64,000 nt of DNA from an uncultured Bacteroidota bacterium (GTDB lineage Bacteria > Bacteroidota > Bacteroidia > Bacteroidales > WCHB1-69): contig CADBQG010000001.1 of NCBI GenBank assembly GCA_902796805.1, positions 33,106-97,105 of the forward strand, read 5' to 3'. This document shows positions 1 to 9,655 of the stretch, in pieces. Position 1 is the first letter of the stretch. Each line of letters begins with the position of its first letter. Below the pieces are notes generated by a model. That model was given only the letters and a program-made list of their open reading frames with translations. It had not been told where the DNA came from and searched no databases. A program made the translations under genes and the position numbers.

Positions 1-375
1 ACAATGCCCACGGTGCTGCCCGGCGCGGCCTTCTTCCTCGGGATGCAGTGCGCCCCCATCCGCAAGATGATAGAGGGTGGTCTGCCCGTCGCGCTCGCCT
101 CCGACTTCAACCCCGGCTCCTGCCCGTCTGGCAACATGCAGTTGGTCTTCGCCATGGGTTCCGTCATGTACAAGATGCTGCCTGAGGAGACGGTCAACGC
201 CACGACGATAAACACGGCCTACGCCATGGACGTCTGGCGCGAGCTGGGCACCATCACGAAAGGAAAGATTGCCAACTTCTTCATCACCAAGCCGATGGAT
301 ACGCTCTATTTCATGAACTACGCCTTCGGAAGCAACAAAGTTGAGCAGGTGTTCTTGAGGGGGAAGAGGGGGTAA
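1..375 (+). CDS. hutI: Imidazolonepropionase, C-terminal fragment (5' end outside window)
   Basis: ORF is open to the window edge. ALASDFNPGSCPSGNMQLV and the following C-terminal segment match the HutI/amidohydrolase C-terminus as I recall it. Confidence 0.8.
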   Translation, partial: TMPTVLPGAAFFLGMQCAPIRKMIEGGLPVALASDFNPGSCPSGNMQLVFAMGSVMYKMLPEETVNATTINTAYAMDVWRELGTITKGKIANFFITKPMDTLYFMNYAFGSNKVEQVFLRGKRG

Positions 376-400
376 AGTCTCAACTAAAATAAAACGGATT

Positions 401-1117
401 ATGACAGAAGAACAAAAAGTGTCCATTATCAATAGTGGAAAATCTTATCTTCGACAAATAATAATACCTAATCATTTAAAAAAAATCAAGGCGTTGAAAC
501 TAAAGGATTTCAAAATAAATCCTTTCTTGGTAAACTATCTTGCAGCTTTTCTCTGTGGAAATACAGAACCAGTATCGCTTGCTAAAGCTTTAGTATATCC
601 TCGGATTCTCGGTACAAGTATAAATACAAGTTTTGGCCAAAACATTCAAATTTTCATTTCACAATTGGCAGAGATTGCTGGTTCTGCATCTGGAATTGAT
701 GGTGTTGACATTGAGTTTATTGATGCTATTGATGGACGTAAAAAATATTGCCAATGTAAAGCGGGTCCACAAACTATCAACAAAGACGATGTTGCGACTA
801 TATTAGGCCATTTTACACATCTGCAGAACAAAGCCAGACTTGACCGATTGGATATCAATATTGGTGACATGATAGTTGGTGTTTTATACGGTGAAGCGGA
901 TGAACTTTCCAGTAATTATAAAAACATTGACAAAACTTGTCCCGTTTATTGTGGTGCGGATTTTTGGGAACACTTGACAGGTGACAGGCATTTTTACTAT
1001 CATCTCGCAAAAGCATTTGGCGAAGTTGTAGAAGAGGATAATATTGATGGTAGCCATCTGATTATATCCAAAATAGAAGAAATCGCAGAAGAAATTGAAG
1101 ATAAAGGAGGTTTATAA
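401..1117 (+). CDS. Putative type II restriction endonuclease (PD-(D/E)XK-like), partner of the adjacent C5-methyltransferase
   Basis: 238-aa AT-rich ORF whose stop overlaps the MTase ATG (TAATG, 1115-1119). Candidate nuclease core is GVDIEF...YCQCKAGPQTINKDD. Size and position fit a small type II REase; the Eco47II/TdeIII-like family assignment is from memory only. Confidence 0.45.
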   Translation: MTEEQKVSIINSGKSYLRQIIIPNHLKKIKALKLKDFKINPFLVNYLAAFLCGNTEPVSLAKALVYPRILGTSINTSFGQNIQIFISQLAEIAGSASGIDGVDIEFIDAIDGRKKYCQCKAGPQTINKDDVATILGHFTHLQNKARLDRLDINIGDMIVGVLYGEADELSSNYKNIDKTCPVYCGADFWEHLTGDRHFYYHLAKAFGEVVEEDNIDGSHLIISKIEEIAEEIEDKGGL

Positions 1118-2871
1118 TGCCCACGTTTTTATCTGCATCTAACTTAGCCGACCTCACAGGAACTTCACTTTCTACGGCTCAAAAGTGGGGTGAAAATGGT
1201 GTGTATCCGTATCATACCAATGAAAAAGGCAAAAAAGGTTTCTATATGGAAGAACTAACAGATGTTGAAGCTGTTAAAGAGATGTTGAATACAAAATGGG
1301 ATGATGAATTTCATGTAGCCCCTCTTCGTGATTTCACATCAGTTGAACTTTTTGCCGGAGCCGGAGGTCTGGCTCTTGGTATGCACTTGGCGGGGTTCCG
1401 TCACATTTTGTTGAATGAAATAGACCCTATGGCCTGCCAAACATTGAAAAGGAATCACCCTGAATGGAATGTGCTTGAAGGTGATATTCATCAAGTGGAC
1501 TTTACACCACTTCAAGGCAAAGTGGATTTTCTTTCTGGTGGATTTCCTTGTCAAGCATTTTCATACGCTGGCAAAAAGGGTGGCTTGAACGATACTCGTG
1601 GAACTTTGTTTTTTGAATTGGCACGTGCCGTACGCGAAATCCAACCCAAAGTATTTATGGGAGAAAACGTGAAAGGATTATTATCCCATGAAAATGGCAG
1701 AACATTAGGTGTTATTCGTAATGCTGTCAAAGAACTAGGGTACACGCTTGTTGAACCAAGAGTTTTGAAAGCAATCATGTATCAAGTTCCCCAAAAAAGA
1801 GAACGTTTAATACTTATAGCTATTCGTAATGACATTTATGAGCAGGGTTTTCGATTTAGATGGCCTGATCCTTATCGCAGGGTAATGACTCTTCGCGATG
1901 CTTTTTTTAGCGGAGATCTTTTTGATAATGATGTACCTAAATCACAGGGACAAACATATCCTGCTAAAAAGGCTCGTGTGATGGCTATGGTTCCTGAAGG
2001 TGGCGATTGGCGAGACTTGCCAATAGAAGAACAAAAAGAATATATGGGTGGCAGTTTCTATTTAGGGGGTGGAAAAACCGGAATGGCTCGTCGTCTGTCA
2101 ATGGATGAACCTTCATTGACATTGACTTGTGCGCCTGCTCAAAAACAAACAGAACGTTGTCATCCTACAGAAACCCGACCTTTGACGGTTCGAGAATATG
2201 CTCGGATTCAAACTTTTCCTGACTACTGGGAATTTGAAGGTAATATCTCGGACCAGTACAAACAAATAGGGAATGCAGTTCCTGTTAACCTTGCATTTGC
2301 TATAGGACGCTCTTTAATTCGTCTTTTCAACGATATTGACGCTCAAAATCCCGAAGAAAGCCAATTTGAGAATGCAAATACAACTGCTCATGAAATGCTT
2401 CCTCCAAAACTTTTCGAACTTGACTTGTTTGATATGCATGAAAGGTATCCTAAAGATATCAATATAGTCAAAAACCCATTCTCAAGGAAAAAACAAAAAG
2501 ACAATAATTCACTTGACGATTCCAAAAATGTCCTCGTTTGCCTTGTCCCCGACAAATACATTGTTCCTTATACCACCCAAAATGCAAGAGTGTATTTTTC
2601 AGGAAAGAAATTTCCTTCGACAGTGAAATTAAACAAACTATACTACTTCATGCCTTACATTAAAGGGAAAGGCATACGTGACTTATATCAAATCAAAGTG
2701 GCTCGAGTAGGAACGAAACATGAGTTTGTTAAAGAAGCTGAAGAAAATGATTTCAGACTGGTTTTTGAAATCCAATTCGTCAAACAACTCTTTGATGACT
2801 ACAAACCCATCAAACTGACCATCTGGCGAACCTACACGGACACGAATCTGAGGGCGATATTGGCCACATGA
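1117..2871 (+). CDS. DNA (cytosine-5)-methyltransferase with N-terminal HTH-like region and ~180-aa C-terminal extension
   Basis: Canonical C5-MTase motifs: FAGAGGLALG (I), GGFPCQAFSYAGK (IV), ENVKGL (VI), QKRERLILIA (VIII), TVREYARIQTFPD and QIGNAVPVNLA (IX/X). The core spans about aa 75-404 of 584. Confidence 0.92.
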   Translation: MPTFLSASNLADLTGTSLSTAQKWGENGVYPYHTNEKGKKGFYMEELTDVEAVKEMLNTKWDDEFHVAPLRDFTSVELFAGAGGLALGMHLAGFRHILLNEIDPMACQTLKRNHPEWNVLEGDIHQVDFTPLQGKVDFLSGGFPCQAFSYAGKKGGLNDTRGTLFFELARAVREIQPKVFMGENVKGLLSHENGRTLGVIRNAVKELGYTLVEPRVLKAIMYQVPQKRERLILIAIRNDIYEQGFRFRWPDPYRRVMTLRDAFFSGDLFDNDVPKSQGQTYPAKKARVMAMVPEGGDWRDLPIEEQKEYMGGSFYLGGGKTGMARRLSMDEPSLTLTCAPAQKQTERCHPTETRPLTVREYARIQTFPDYWEFEGNISDQYKQIGNAVPVNLAFAIGRSLIRLFNDIDAQNPEESQFENANTTAHEMLPPKLFELDLFDMHERYPKDINIVKNPFSRKKQKDNNSLDDSKNVLVCLVPDKYIVPYTTQNARVYFSGKKFPSTVKLNKLYYFMPYIKGKGIRDLYQIKVARVGTKHEFVKEAEENDFRLVFEIQFVKQLFDDYKPIKLTIWRTYTDTNLRAILAT

Positions 2872-2882
2872 CAATTGTAGTG

Positions 2883-2917
2883 CACTCCGTTTTTCTCGAA
2901 AAAGATGACACGGAGTG
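2883..2917. repeat. Inverted repeat (8-bp stem CACTCCGT/ACGGAGTG, 19-nt loop) at the right edge of the low-GC island
   Basis: Read directly. No T-run follows, so this is not a confident terminator. Confidence 0.5.
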
Positions 2918-2957
2918 AGTGAAAAATGTTTACTTTCGCGCCGCAAGACTATGCCGT

Positions 2958-4202
2958 ATGAAAGACTTTCTTTTGTCACTGCTCATCGTCATGAACGCAA
3001 TGTCGCCATATCTTTTGTTAGGATTTTTGGTGGCAGGGGTGCTGCATGTCTTTGTACCCAAGAAATTTTATCGCAGATATTTGACCAACAATGATTTCCG
3101 TTCGGTATTGTGTGCTTCTTTGCTGGGCATTCCCTTGCCGTTGTGCTCGTGCGGCGTGATTCCCACGGCTGTGGGTTTGCGCAACGAGGGAGCTTCAAAG
3201 GGAGCAGTTGCGGCATTTCTTATAGCAACCCCGCAAACAGGTATAGATTCTATATTGGCAACATTCTCGCTTATGGGTTTGGGGTTCGCCATAGTGCGTC
3301 CTTCGGCAGCGTTGGTTACAGGAATTGTCGGCGGTATTCTTGTTAATAGATTGTTGAAGAACCACTTGTCAGAAGACTATGAGCAGGTTAAAACCACAAC
3401 TGCAAGCGAGTCTGCCGAGAATAAATTGATACAGATTTTCAGGTATGCGTACGTGAATATGATTCAGGACATCGGGCCGCGGCTGCTCCTCGGACTGCTC
3501 TTGGCCGCAGTCATACAGGTTGCCATTCCCGATGAGTTCTTCCTGCAGTTCAGCGGTATGCCATTTGTCCAGATGTTAGTGATGTTGGTAGTAGCCGTGC
3601 CGATGTATGTGTGTTCAACAGGAAGCATACCCATAGCCGCGGCACTTTTGGCAAAAGGCCTTACTCCAGGAGCAGCCTTTGTGCTGTTGATGGCGGGTCC
3701 GGCCGTGAATTTCGGCTCCATATTGGTGATAAACAAGACGATGGGTCGAAAGTTCACTTCACTCTATCTGATAACTATAATTTTAGGTGCAATCATATTT
3801 GGTTTTTTGCTTAACAACACCGACTCATTGCTCCATTTTACAAATGTTTCGATGGAACACTGCTGCCAAGTACCGGAAACCACTTATACTTTCCCTGTTT
3901 TCAAGACAAGTTGTAGTGTTTTGCTGTTGTTGTTAATTTTAAATGCTTTCGTTATGAAATTGTTTGAAAGATTCCGTAAAGAGAATGTTGGTTCAGAATC
4001 AAAAGTGTATGTTGTTGATGGCATGCATTGCAATCATTGCAAGTCTTCAGTGGAAAATGCCGTGCGCAACGTCAAGGGTGTAACATCCGTTGACGTGAAT
4101 CTTGAACAGCAAACTGTAACAGTTGAGGGAACAGCATCATCTGATAAAATAGAAAAAGCTGTAACTTCCTGTGGTTTCGAGTTTAAGGGCGAAAGAGAAT
4201 AG
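2958..4202 (+). CDS. Permease (two-CSCG-type, ArsP/DUF318-like) fused to a C-terminal heavy-metal-associated domain; putative metal transporter
   Basis: Multi-TM protein with LCSCGVIP and VCSTGSIP motifs. C-terminal VVDGMHCNHCKSSVENAV is an HMA (MxCxxC-like) fold motif. Start moved to ATG 2958, downstream of the TACTTTCG box. Confidence 0.75.
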   Translation: MKDFLLSLLIVMNAMSPYLLLGFLVAGVLHVFVPKKFYRRYLTNNDFRSVLCASLLGIPLPLCSCGVIPTAVGLRNEGASKGAVAAFLIATPQTGIDSILATFSLMGLGFAIVRPSAALVTGIVGGILVNRLLKNHLSEDYEQVKTTTASESAENKLIQIFRYAYVNMIQDIGPRLLLGLLLAAVIQVAIPDEFFLQFSGMPFVQMLVMLVVAVPMYVCSTGSIPIAAALLAKGLTPGAAFVLLMAGPAVNFGSILVINKTMGRKFTSLYLITIILGAIIFGFLLNNTDSLLHFTNVSMEHCCQVPETTYTFPVFKTSCSVLLLLLILNAFVMKLFERFRKENVGSESKVYVVDGMHCNHCKSSVENAVRNVKGVTSVDVNLEQQTVTVEGTASSDKIEKAVTSCGFEFKGERE

Positions 4203-4203
4203 G

Positions 4204-4860
4204 TTATTCCTTTATGCCGTAGGCTAAATCGCCGGCATCGCCGAGACCTGGCACTATGTAAGATTGGGCAGTAAGTTCTTCATCCACAGCACCAATCCAA
4301 AAAGTACAGTTGTTAGAATTAAGTTTGCTCATCACAAAATCAAGACCTTGTTTACTTGCTATGATGCTTATTATGTGGGTATGGCTGGGTTCACCCTTTG
4401 TCATAAGTTCATCGTATGCGAGTGCCAACGATTGTCCTGTTGCGAGCATGGTATCGCAAAGGATAAGGGTTTTGTTATCCAACTCCGGTGAAGAAAGGTA
4501 GTCGATCTGGATTTCAAACAAGCCGTCTTTGTAGTTTTTCCTGAAGGAGGAGATGAAAGCATTTTCTGCATGGTCGAAATAGTTAAGAAAGCCTTGGTGA
4601 AATGGCAGGCCGGCGCGCAGAATTGTTGCAAGAACAATTTTTTCCACAAGACGTGGTATTTTGGCTATGCCGAGCGGGGTAGTAACATCTTGTTCGTCAT
4701 ATCGCATCACTTTACTAATCTCGTAGGCAAAGATTTCACCTATTCGCTCTAAGTTTCGTCTGAAGCGCATACTATCGGTTTGCACTTCCGCACTCCTAAC
4801 TTCGGCTAAAAATTCATTCAAAAGAGAATTTCTATTCCCCAAAATGTGCAGGTTGTTCAT
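4204..4860 (-). CDS. upp: Uracil phosphoribosyltransferase
   Basis: 218 aa. PRPP-binding LILCDTMLATGQS and C-terminal YIVPGLGDAGDLAYG are typical of Upp. Confidence 0.9.
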   Translation of the reverse strand: MNNLHILGNRNSLLNEFLAEVRSAEVQTDSMRFRRNLERIGEIFAYEISKVMRYDEQDVTTPLGIAKIPRLVEKIVLATILRAGLPFHQGFLNYFDHAENAFISSFRKNYKDGLFEIQIDYLSSPELDNKTLILCDTMLATGQSLALAYDELMTKGEPSHTHIISIIASKQGLDFVMSKLNSNNCTFWIGAVDEELTAQSYIVPGLGDAGDLAYGIKE

Positions 4861-4890
4861 AATGTAAGGTTTTATGTGCTAAAAGAATGA

Positions 4891-6186
4891 CTATTTTCCG
4901 AATACGCGGTCAAAAATTTCGGGAACGTGTTTTAAATAATACTCTAATGTGAAGCAATTGTCAAACTCTTCTTTTGAGAAGTTCTGCCTAATTGTCTCGT
5001 TTTGGAAGAGAAGTTCCTTGTAGTCGGTGGCCTCGAACCACGCCTTCATGGCAATTGGTTGCACAAGATCGTAGGCATTTTCACGTGAAAAACCCTTGTT
5101 GATTAATGCAGTCATCACTCTTTGAGCAAATATAACTTTGTGAGTGAGATAGATGTTTTTGAGCATATTTTCCGGATATACTACAAGATTTTCGAGGATA
5201 TTGCCAAAGCGATTAAGCATATAGTCGAGAAGGATGGTCGCATCAGGGAGCATGATGCGTTCGGCAGAGGAGTGTGAGATGTCGCGCTCGTGCCATAGCG
5301 GGATGTTCTCGTAGGCGCTGACCATGTACCCGCGAATCACCCTTGCGCATCCGCACATATTCTCGCTGCCTATGGGGTTGCGTTTGTGTGGCATCGCCGA
5401 CGAACCTTTCTGTCCTTTCCCGAACGCCTCCTCGGCTTCACGCAGTTCGGTGCGCTGCCAGTGGCGGACCTCAACAGCCATCTGTTCCATCGTGGACGCT
5501 ATGAGCGCTAACGTTGACATATAGTGCGCATGGCGGTCGCGCTGAAGCACCTGCGTTGAAATCCGTGCAGAATTTATACCTAATTGCTCACAAACATAGT
5601 CTTGCACGAAGGGAGGCGTGTTGGCGAAGTTGCCGACCGCGCCGCTGATCTTTCCACATTCCACATCTGCGGCGGCAAATTCAAAACGCTCAATGTTGCG
5701 CTTCATTTCCTCAAACCACAAAGCCCATTTCAGCCCCAAAGAGGTGATGTCGGCATGTACACCATGTGTGCGCCCGATACAAGGTGTGTCTTTAAACTCA
5801 TGGGCTCGCTTTTTCAATATCTCCGCAAAACGCCGAAGATCCTTTCGAATTATATTGTTTGCTTGTTTGATGAGAAATCCGTTGGCGGTGTCAACAACGT
5901 CCGTTGAGGTAAGACCGTAATGCACCCATTTTCGTTCTTCGCCAAGTGTTTCACTTACGGCTCTTGTGAAGGCCACAATGTCGTGCCGAGTCTCCTTCTC
6001 TATCTCATAAATCCTCTGGATGTCGAAAGAGGCGTTTTCGCGGAGCTTCTCCACATCTTCCCCGGGAATGACTCCGAGTTTGCTCCAGGCCGCCGCAGCC
6101 TCTATCTCAACTTTCAAGTATGCGCCGAACTTGTTCTCCTCTGTCCATACGGCACTCATCTCAGGACGTGAATATCGTGGTATCAT
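4891..6186 (-). CDS. purB: Adenylosuccinate lyase
   Basis: [21 protein letters not shown]-terminus and the [11 protein letters not shown] signature loop. The track ORF (to 6342) has a 52-aa spurious extension; ATG at 6184-6186. Confidence 0.92.
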   Translation of the reverse strand: MIPRYSRPEMSAVWTEENKFGAYLKVEIEAAAAWSKLGVIPGEDVEKLRENASFDIQRIYEIEKETRHDIVAFTRAVSETLGEERKWVHYGLTSTDVVDTANGFLIKQANNIIRKDLRRFAEILKKRAHEFKDTPCIGRTHGVHADITSLGLKWALWFEEMKRNIERFEFAAADVECGKISGAVGNFANTPPFVQDYVCEQLGINSARISTQVLQRDRHAHYMSTLALIASTMEQMAVEVRHWQRTELREAEEAFGKGQKGSSAMPHKRNPIGSENMCGCARVIRGYMVSAYENIPLWHERDISHSSAERIMLPDATILLDYMLNRFGNILENLVVYPENMLKNIYLTHKVIFAQRVMTALINKGFSRENAYDLVQPIAMKAWFEATDYKELLFQNETIRQNFSKEEFDNCFTLEYYLKHVPEIFDRVFGK

Positions 6187-6204
6187 CTGATTTTTATTTT
6201 TTTG

Positions 6205-6212
6205 CAAATGTA
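6205..6212 (-). promoter_or_regulatory. Candidate -7 box (TACATTTG on minus strand) for purB
   Basis: Matches the Bacteroidota TAnnTTTG consensus, 19 nt upstream of the purB ATG. Confidence 0.4.
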
Positions 6213-6314
6213 CACAAATTATGAATACCCGGCGTACACTTTGCATTTTGTACAACGGAACGGCCATTTTGTACAATCCCGGAAAAACGCTGTGTTCCCT
6301 CTGTTTTTTATTGC

Positions 6315-6322
6315 TACTTTTG
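6315..6322 (+). promoter_or_regulatory. Candidate -7 box TACTTTTG
   Basis: TAnnTTTG match, 24 nt upstream of ATG 6346. Confidence 0.4.
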
Positions 6323-6345
6323 CAGAAAAAAAAGAAAGCCACAGT

Positions 6346-7389
6346 ATGAATAAGTCCAGTGTAATCTTCTTGGTTGCGGCAACGCTCGTAGTGTTCGGAA
6401 CGATTTTCTTAGTCGAAAAAAAAACTTCCAACAAAGGTTCAGCCGAGAAAAAAACCTCGAAACAAAGTCTCAGGCAGGAAAACGCCATCTACTATTGGCG
6501 CACTATCTTCAAACTTGACGATTATGAGAAAGAGTTCTTGAAAAAAAACGACATACAAAAGATGTATGTGCGCTTTTTCGATGTGGATGTGAACCCCGAC
6601 ACACTTTCAGACGACAGGTGCGTTCCCGTGGCTACAATCACCTTCAACGACTCGATGCCCGACGGAGTTGAAATCGTGCCCACGGTCTTCATAACTCCTG
6701 AAGCCATAAAAGAATGGCCGTCGTTCAGCAATTTCCTTGCCCGGAGAATCTATGCCATGTGCGAATACAACGGCATCACCCCCAACGAGGTGCAGTTCGA
6801 CTGCGACTGGACAACCTCGACCAACAGTGCTTTCTTTGAATTTCTCAAAAATATCAGGTTGCAACTTAAAAGATACTATCCGAACATAAAAATTTCATCT
6901 ACAATACGCCTCCATCAGCTCTCGCAAACGCCGCCGGATGTGGATTACGGCGTGCTGATGTGCTACAACACAGGCAATTTCAAGGATTTTGACACAAAAA
7001 ATTCAATATTGGACATTGAAGACGTGAAACCTTATCTGAAGTATATCAAAAACTATACTCTTCCGCTGTGCCTTGCACTGCCAGTCTACGAATGGAATGT
7101 GGTATTTGAACGAAATCAAGAGTTCAAATACTTGGATAACAACAATTTAGATGTATCAGACACATCTTATTTTGAATCTTTGGGCGACAATCTGTACGCC
7201 TCAAAGGGCGGTGCTCTCAATTACTATCCTTACGTACGGCACGAAAGTGTTTCGGCACAAAAACTGTTTTCCGTCAAAAAAATGATGTTCGAGAAAAACG
7301 GTGCAGAAATGCCAATAGTATTGTATCATCTTGATTCTAAACAACTTACAAAATATTCCGACAATGAAATCAGTGAGATTTATCGTTAG
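6346..7389 (+). CDS. Hypothetical N-terminally membrane-anchored protein
   Basis: Start at [22 protein letters not shown] (signal/anchor). 347 aa with no motif I can name. Confidence 0.6.
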   Translation: MNKSSVIFLVAATLVVFGTIFLVEKKTSNKGSAEKKTSKQSLRQENAIYYWRTIFKLDDYEKEFLKKNDIQKMYVRFFDVDVNPDTLSDDRCVPVATITFNDSMPDGVEIVPTVFITPEAIKEWPSFSNFLARRIYAMCEYNGITPNEVQFDCDWTTSTNSAFFEFLKNIRLQLKRYYPNIKISSTIRLHQLSQTPPDVDYGVLMCYNTGNFKDFDTKNSILDIEDVKPYLKYIKNYTLPLCLALPVYEWNVVFERNQEFKYLDNNNLDVSDTSYFESLGDNLYASKGGALNYYPYVRHESVSAQKLFSVKKMMFEKNGAEMPIVLYHLDSKQLTKYSDNEISEIYR

Positions 7390-9625
7390 CGCTTTGTTAT
7401 CAATTAGCATTCTTCAGACACTTGCCTGCGGCGGCTGGTACAGGGTGGATCCCAGTATTCACTATATTTTCTATCTCGGCGGTGAAGGCCAGTTTGAACA
7501 ATTTTCAGGCGAAAAACTGTTGCCTGAAGAGCATTTCAAACAAGAGAACCTTAGATTTTGGTACAACCACACAAAAGGCAAGGTGCCGAAACAAGAAATT
7601 GAGAATGCGATTTACAAAAATAACAAGGAGAGCCGTTTTTGGAAATACCTTCACGAAAGCAACGACACCACTGCCCTGCAATACTGGAATGCTGTTCTCT
7701 ATTGTGGCGACAAAGAAGCAGAATGGAGAAGTTCCCGCTGGTATCATCCCACAAAAAAGCTCGAAAAATCTTTCGAAAACGGCTTCGAATACAAAGATTT
7801 AAGTGAAAAAACATTAAAAGAATGCAAAAACAAGCAGATAAGAGACAGATATGTATATCAGCTGATAAAAAAGCATTTCTACGACTTGAACTATGAAGAG
7901 TGTATCAGAATATGGAGGAAGTATGGTGATGCCATTCCGGCCAGCGAACTCAGGAAAAGGTGCAAGAGTTATTACGCGGGAGCACTGTACAGATTAGACA
8001 GGCCTGGCGAAGCTGCTGTGGCCTTTGCAGAACTCGGCATCTATGACCGCAATCTACATTATAACACAAAGGTAATCAGGCAAATAGTAGAGCACAACGC
8101 CAACAACCAGAGTTTGGAATTCATAGTACAACATTTTGTAACGGAATATTTTGACTCACAATATGAGCATTTTCAGCCTAACAGGAGGCAGGCGGCTGAT
8201 TTCAACGACTTGGCGGAGTGGGTGCTTGGTACTGGAAAAAGTAACAATCCGGCGCTTTGGAGATCGGCGCAGGCAGCCATCGCCTACATCGACAACGACA
8301 AGGACCGCGCCCGAAGGCTGATTGCCGAAGCCTCGAACTTGCAGGGTACAAAGGCTGTGAACGACAACGTGAGGATGATGCGACTTGTCTTCAACGCTTC
8401 CGACAACAATGCCAACGACAGTGTTTATGAGGCGAAATTGCTCCCAGATTTACAATGGATTACTCAAAAAACCAAAAGCGGGAAGTTGAAAAATTATCCA
8501 TACGCATACGAAGATTGGATTGAATATGAAAATAAATATTGCTCCTACGACCTGCATTTGATAAAGGTGCTGCGGCGCACCGTGCTTCTGGAAATTGTGC
8601 CGCGTTTTGAGAAACTCGGCCGCCCCGACCGCGCCCTCGCCTACCTCAACGCCTACGACAATATCCTGTCCAACGTATCTTACAATGGGCGTTCCATCTA
8701 CGACACCCGCTTTTTCGTATATATGGACACCGCAAACGTGGAAACTGTCAAGCAACATTTCTCATTCCTGAAATCAAATGGAGTCTCGGCAATGGACAAG
8801 TTCCTTATAAAGAACAGTTTTAAGAGCAGAAATCTGTTCAACGAACTTATTGGCACAAAGTATTTGCGTAAAGAGCAATGGAACACAGCCGTCAATTATC
8901 TGAAAAATGTAAGTTCAGGCTATATTAAGAAGATGAGTCTTCAGCCATACCTGAAAAACTGCAATCCTTTTTCTGAGAGCTGGATAACCAATTACCGTCG
9001 CGGTGAATATGATTTTATTGAATCTCCTTCTGAAAAATACTCCAAGAAGCCGTCAAAATTGCAATTTGCGCTGACAATGAATCAGTTAAAAAAGACCATG
9101 AACAGCGGAGAGAACGCTGAAGTGCGCGCAGAGGCCAAATATGCCTACGCATTGGGGCTTTTGGAGAGCAACTATTACAAAAGTTGGGCTCTTACGCAGT
9201 ATGCCCGTGGCAACGCCGGAGTGATGTACGACCTTTGGTATGTTCCGGGCTCATATATCGTAAAACATGCCGAAAAGCTTGCCAAAGAGACAGTTTCTTC
9301 AACAAAAAATTCAGATTTGCTGGACAAGTGCTATGTGATGATGTATTATCCAATAAAGACTGAAGCCGAAAAAGAAGCCGAGAAACGAATTTCGTATCCG
9401 GATTATTCGGATGATGATGAAATTTACAAGAAAAATATAGCAAAAAGGGATAGAAAAATTGCAGATTATGTCAACGATAAAGTTAGTGGAGTCTTGAAAT
9501 CATGGGGCAAGAGTGTTGGCAGGACCGTCTCAGAAACGGATGTAAGGAAAACATTCTGCGACCGCTCGCAGGACTACAAAATGTCCATGGATGCGAGATG
9601 GCACAAGAGCGCTTGGTATTACTGA
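7364..9625 (+). CDS. Hypothetical lipoprotein (753 aa)
   Basis: [22 protein letters not shown] lipobox-type signal. Overlaps the upstream gene by 26 nt. No recognisable catalytic motif. Confidence 0.65.
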   Translation: MKSVRFIVSALLSISILQTLACGGWYRVDPSIHYIFYLGGEGQFEQFSGEKLLPEEHFKQENLRFWYNHTKGKVPKQEIENAIYKNNKESRFWKYLHESNDTTALQYWNAVLYCGDKEAEWRSSRWYHPTKKLEKSFENGFEYKDLSEKTLKECKNKQIRDRYVYQLIKKHFYDLNYEECIRIWRKYGDAIPASELRKRCKSYYAGALYRLDRPGEAAVAFAELGIYDRNLHYNTKVIRQIVEHNANNQSLEFIVQHFVTEYFDSQYEHFQPNRRQAADFNDLAEWVLGTGKSNNPALWRSAQAAIAYIDNDKDRARRLIAEASNLQGTKAVNDNVRMMRLVFNASDNNANDSVYEAKLLPDLQWITQKTKSGKLKNYPYAYEDWIEYENKYCSYDLHLIKVLRRTVLLEIVPRFEKLGRPDRALAYLNAYDNILSNVSYNGRSIYDTRFFVYMDTANVETVKQHFSFLKSNGVSAMDKFLIKNSFKSRNLFNELIGTKYLRKEQWNTAVNYLKNVSSGYIKKMSLQPYLKNCNPFSESWITNYRRGEYDFIESPSEKYSKKPSKLQFALTMNQLKKTMNSGENAEVRAEAKYAYALGLLESNYYKSWALTQYARGNAGVMYDLWYVPGSYIVKHAEKLAKETVSSTKNSDLLDKCYVMMYYPIKTEAEKEAEKRISYPDYSDDDEIYKKNIAKRDRKIADYVNDKVSGVLKSWGKSVGRTVSETDVRKTFCDRSQDYKMSMDARWHKSAWYY

Positions 9626-9631
9626 TTTTTG

Positions 9632-9639
9632 TACTTTTG
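9632..9639 (+). promoter_or_regulatory. Candidate -7 box TACTTTTG
   Basis: TAnnTTTG match, 17 nt upstream of ATG 9656. Confidence 0.35.
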
Positions 9640-9655
9640 CGCTTTGAATGTGTAT

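Noticed and set aside
2883-2917. Hairpin after the methyltransferase gene as a rho-independent terminator
   Set aside because: An 8-bp stem with a 19-nt loop and no following T-run is too weak to call a terminator. I kept it only as an inverted repeat marking the island edge.
4891-6342. N-terminal extensions in track ORFs (purB to 6342; also 6202, 7331, 9629, 16297, 20774, 22256, 34450, 35828, 40363, 47806, 55831-56457, 57595 and 61290 starts)
   Set aside because: The extensions run through promoter boxes or upstream genes and precede obvious signal peptides or conserved N-termini. I re-anchored the starts at internal ATG (or TTG) codons.
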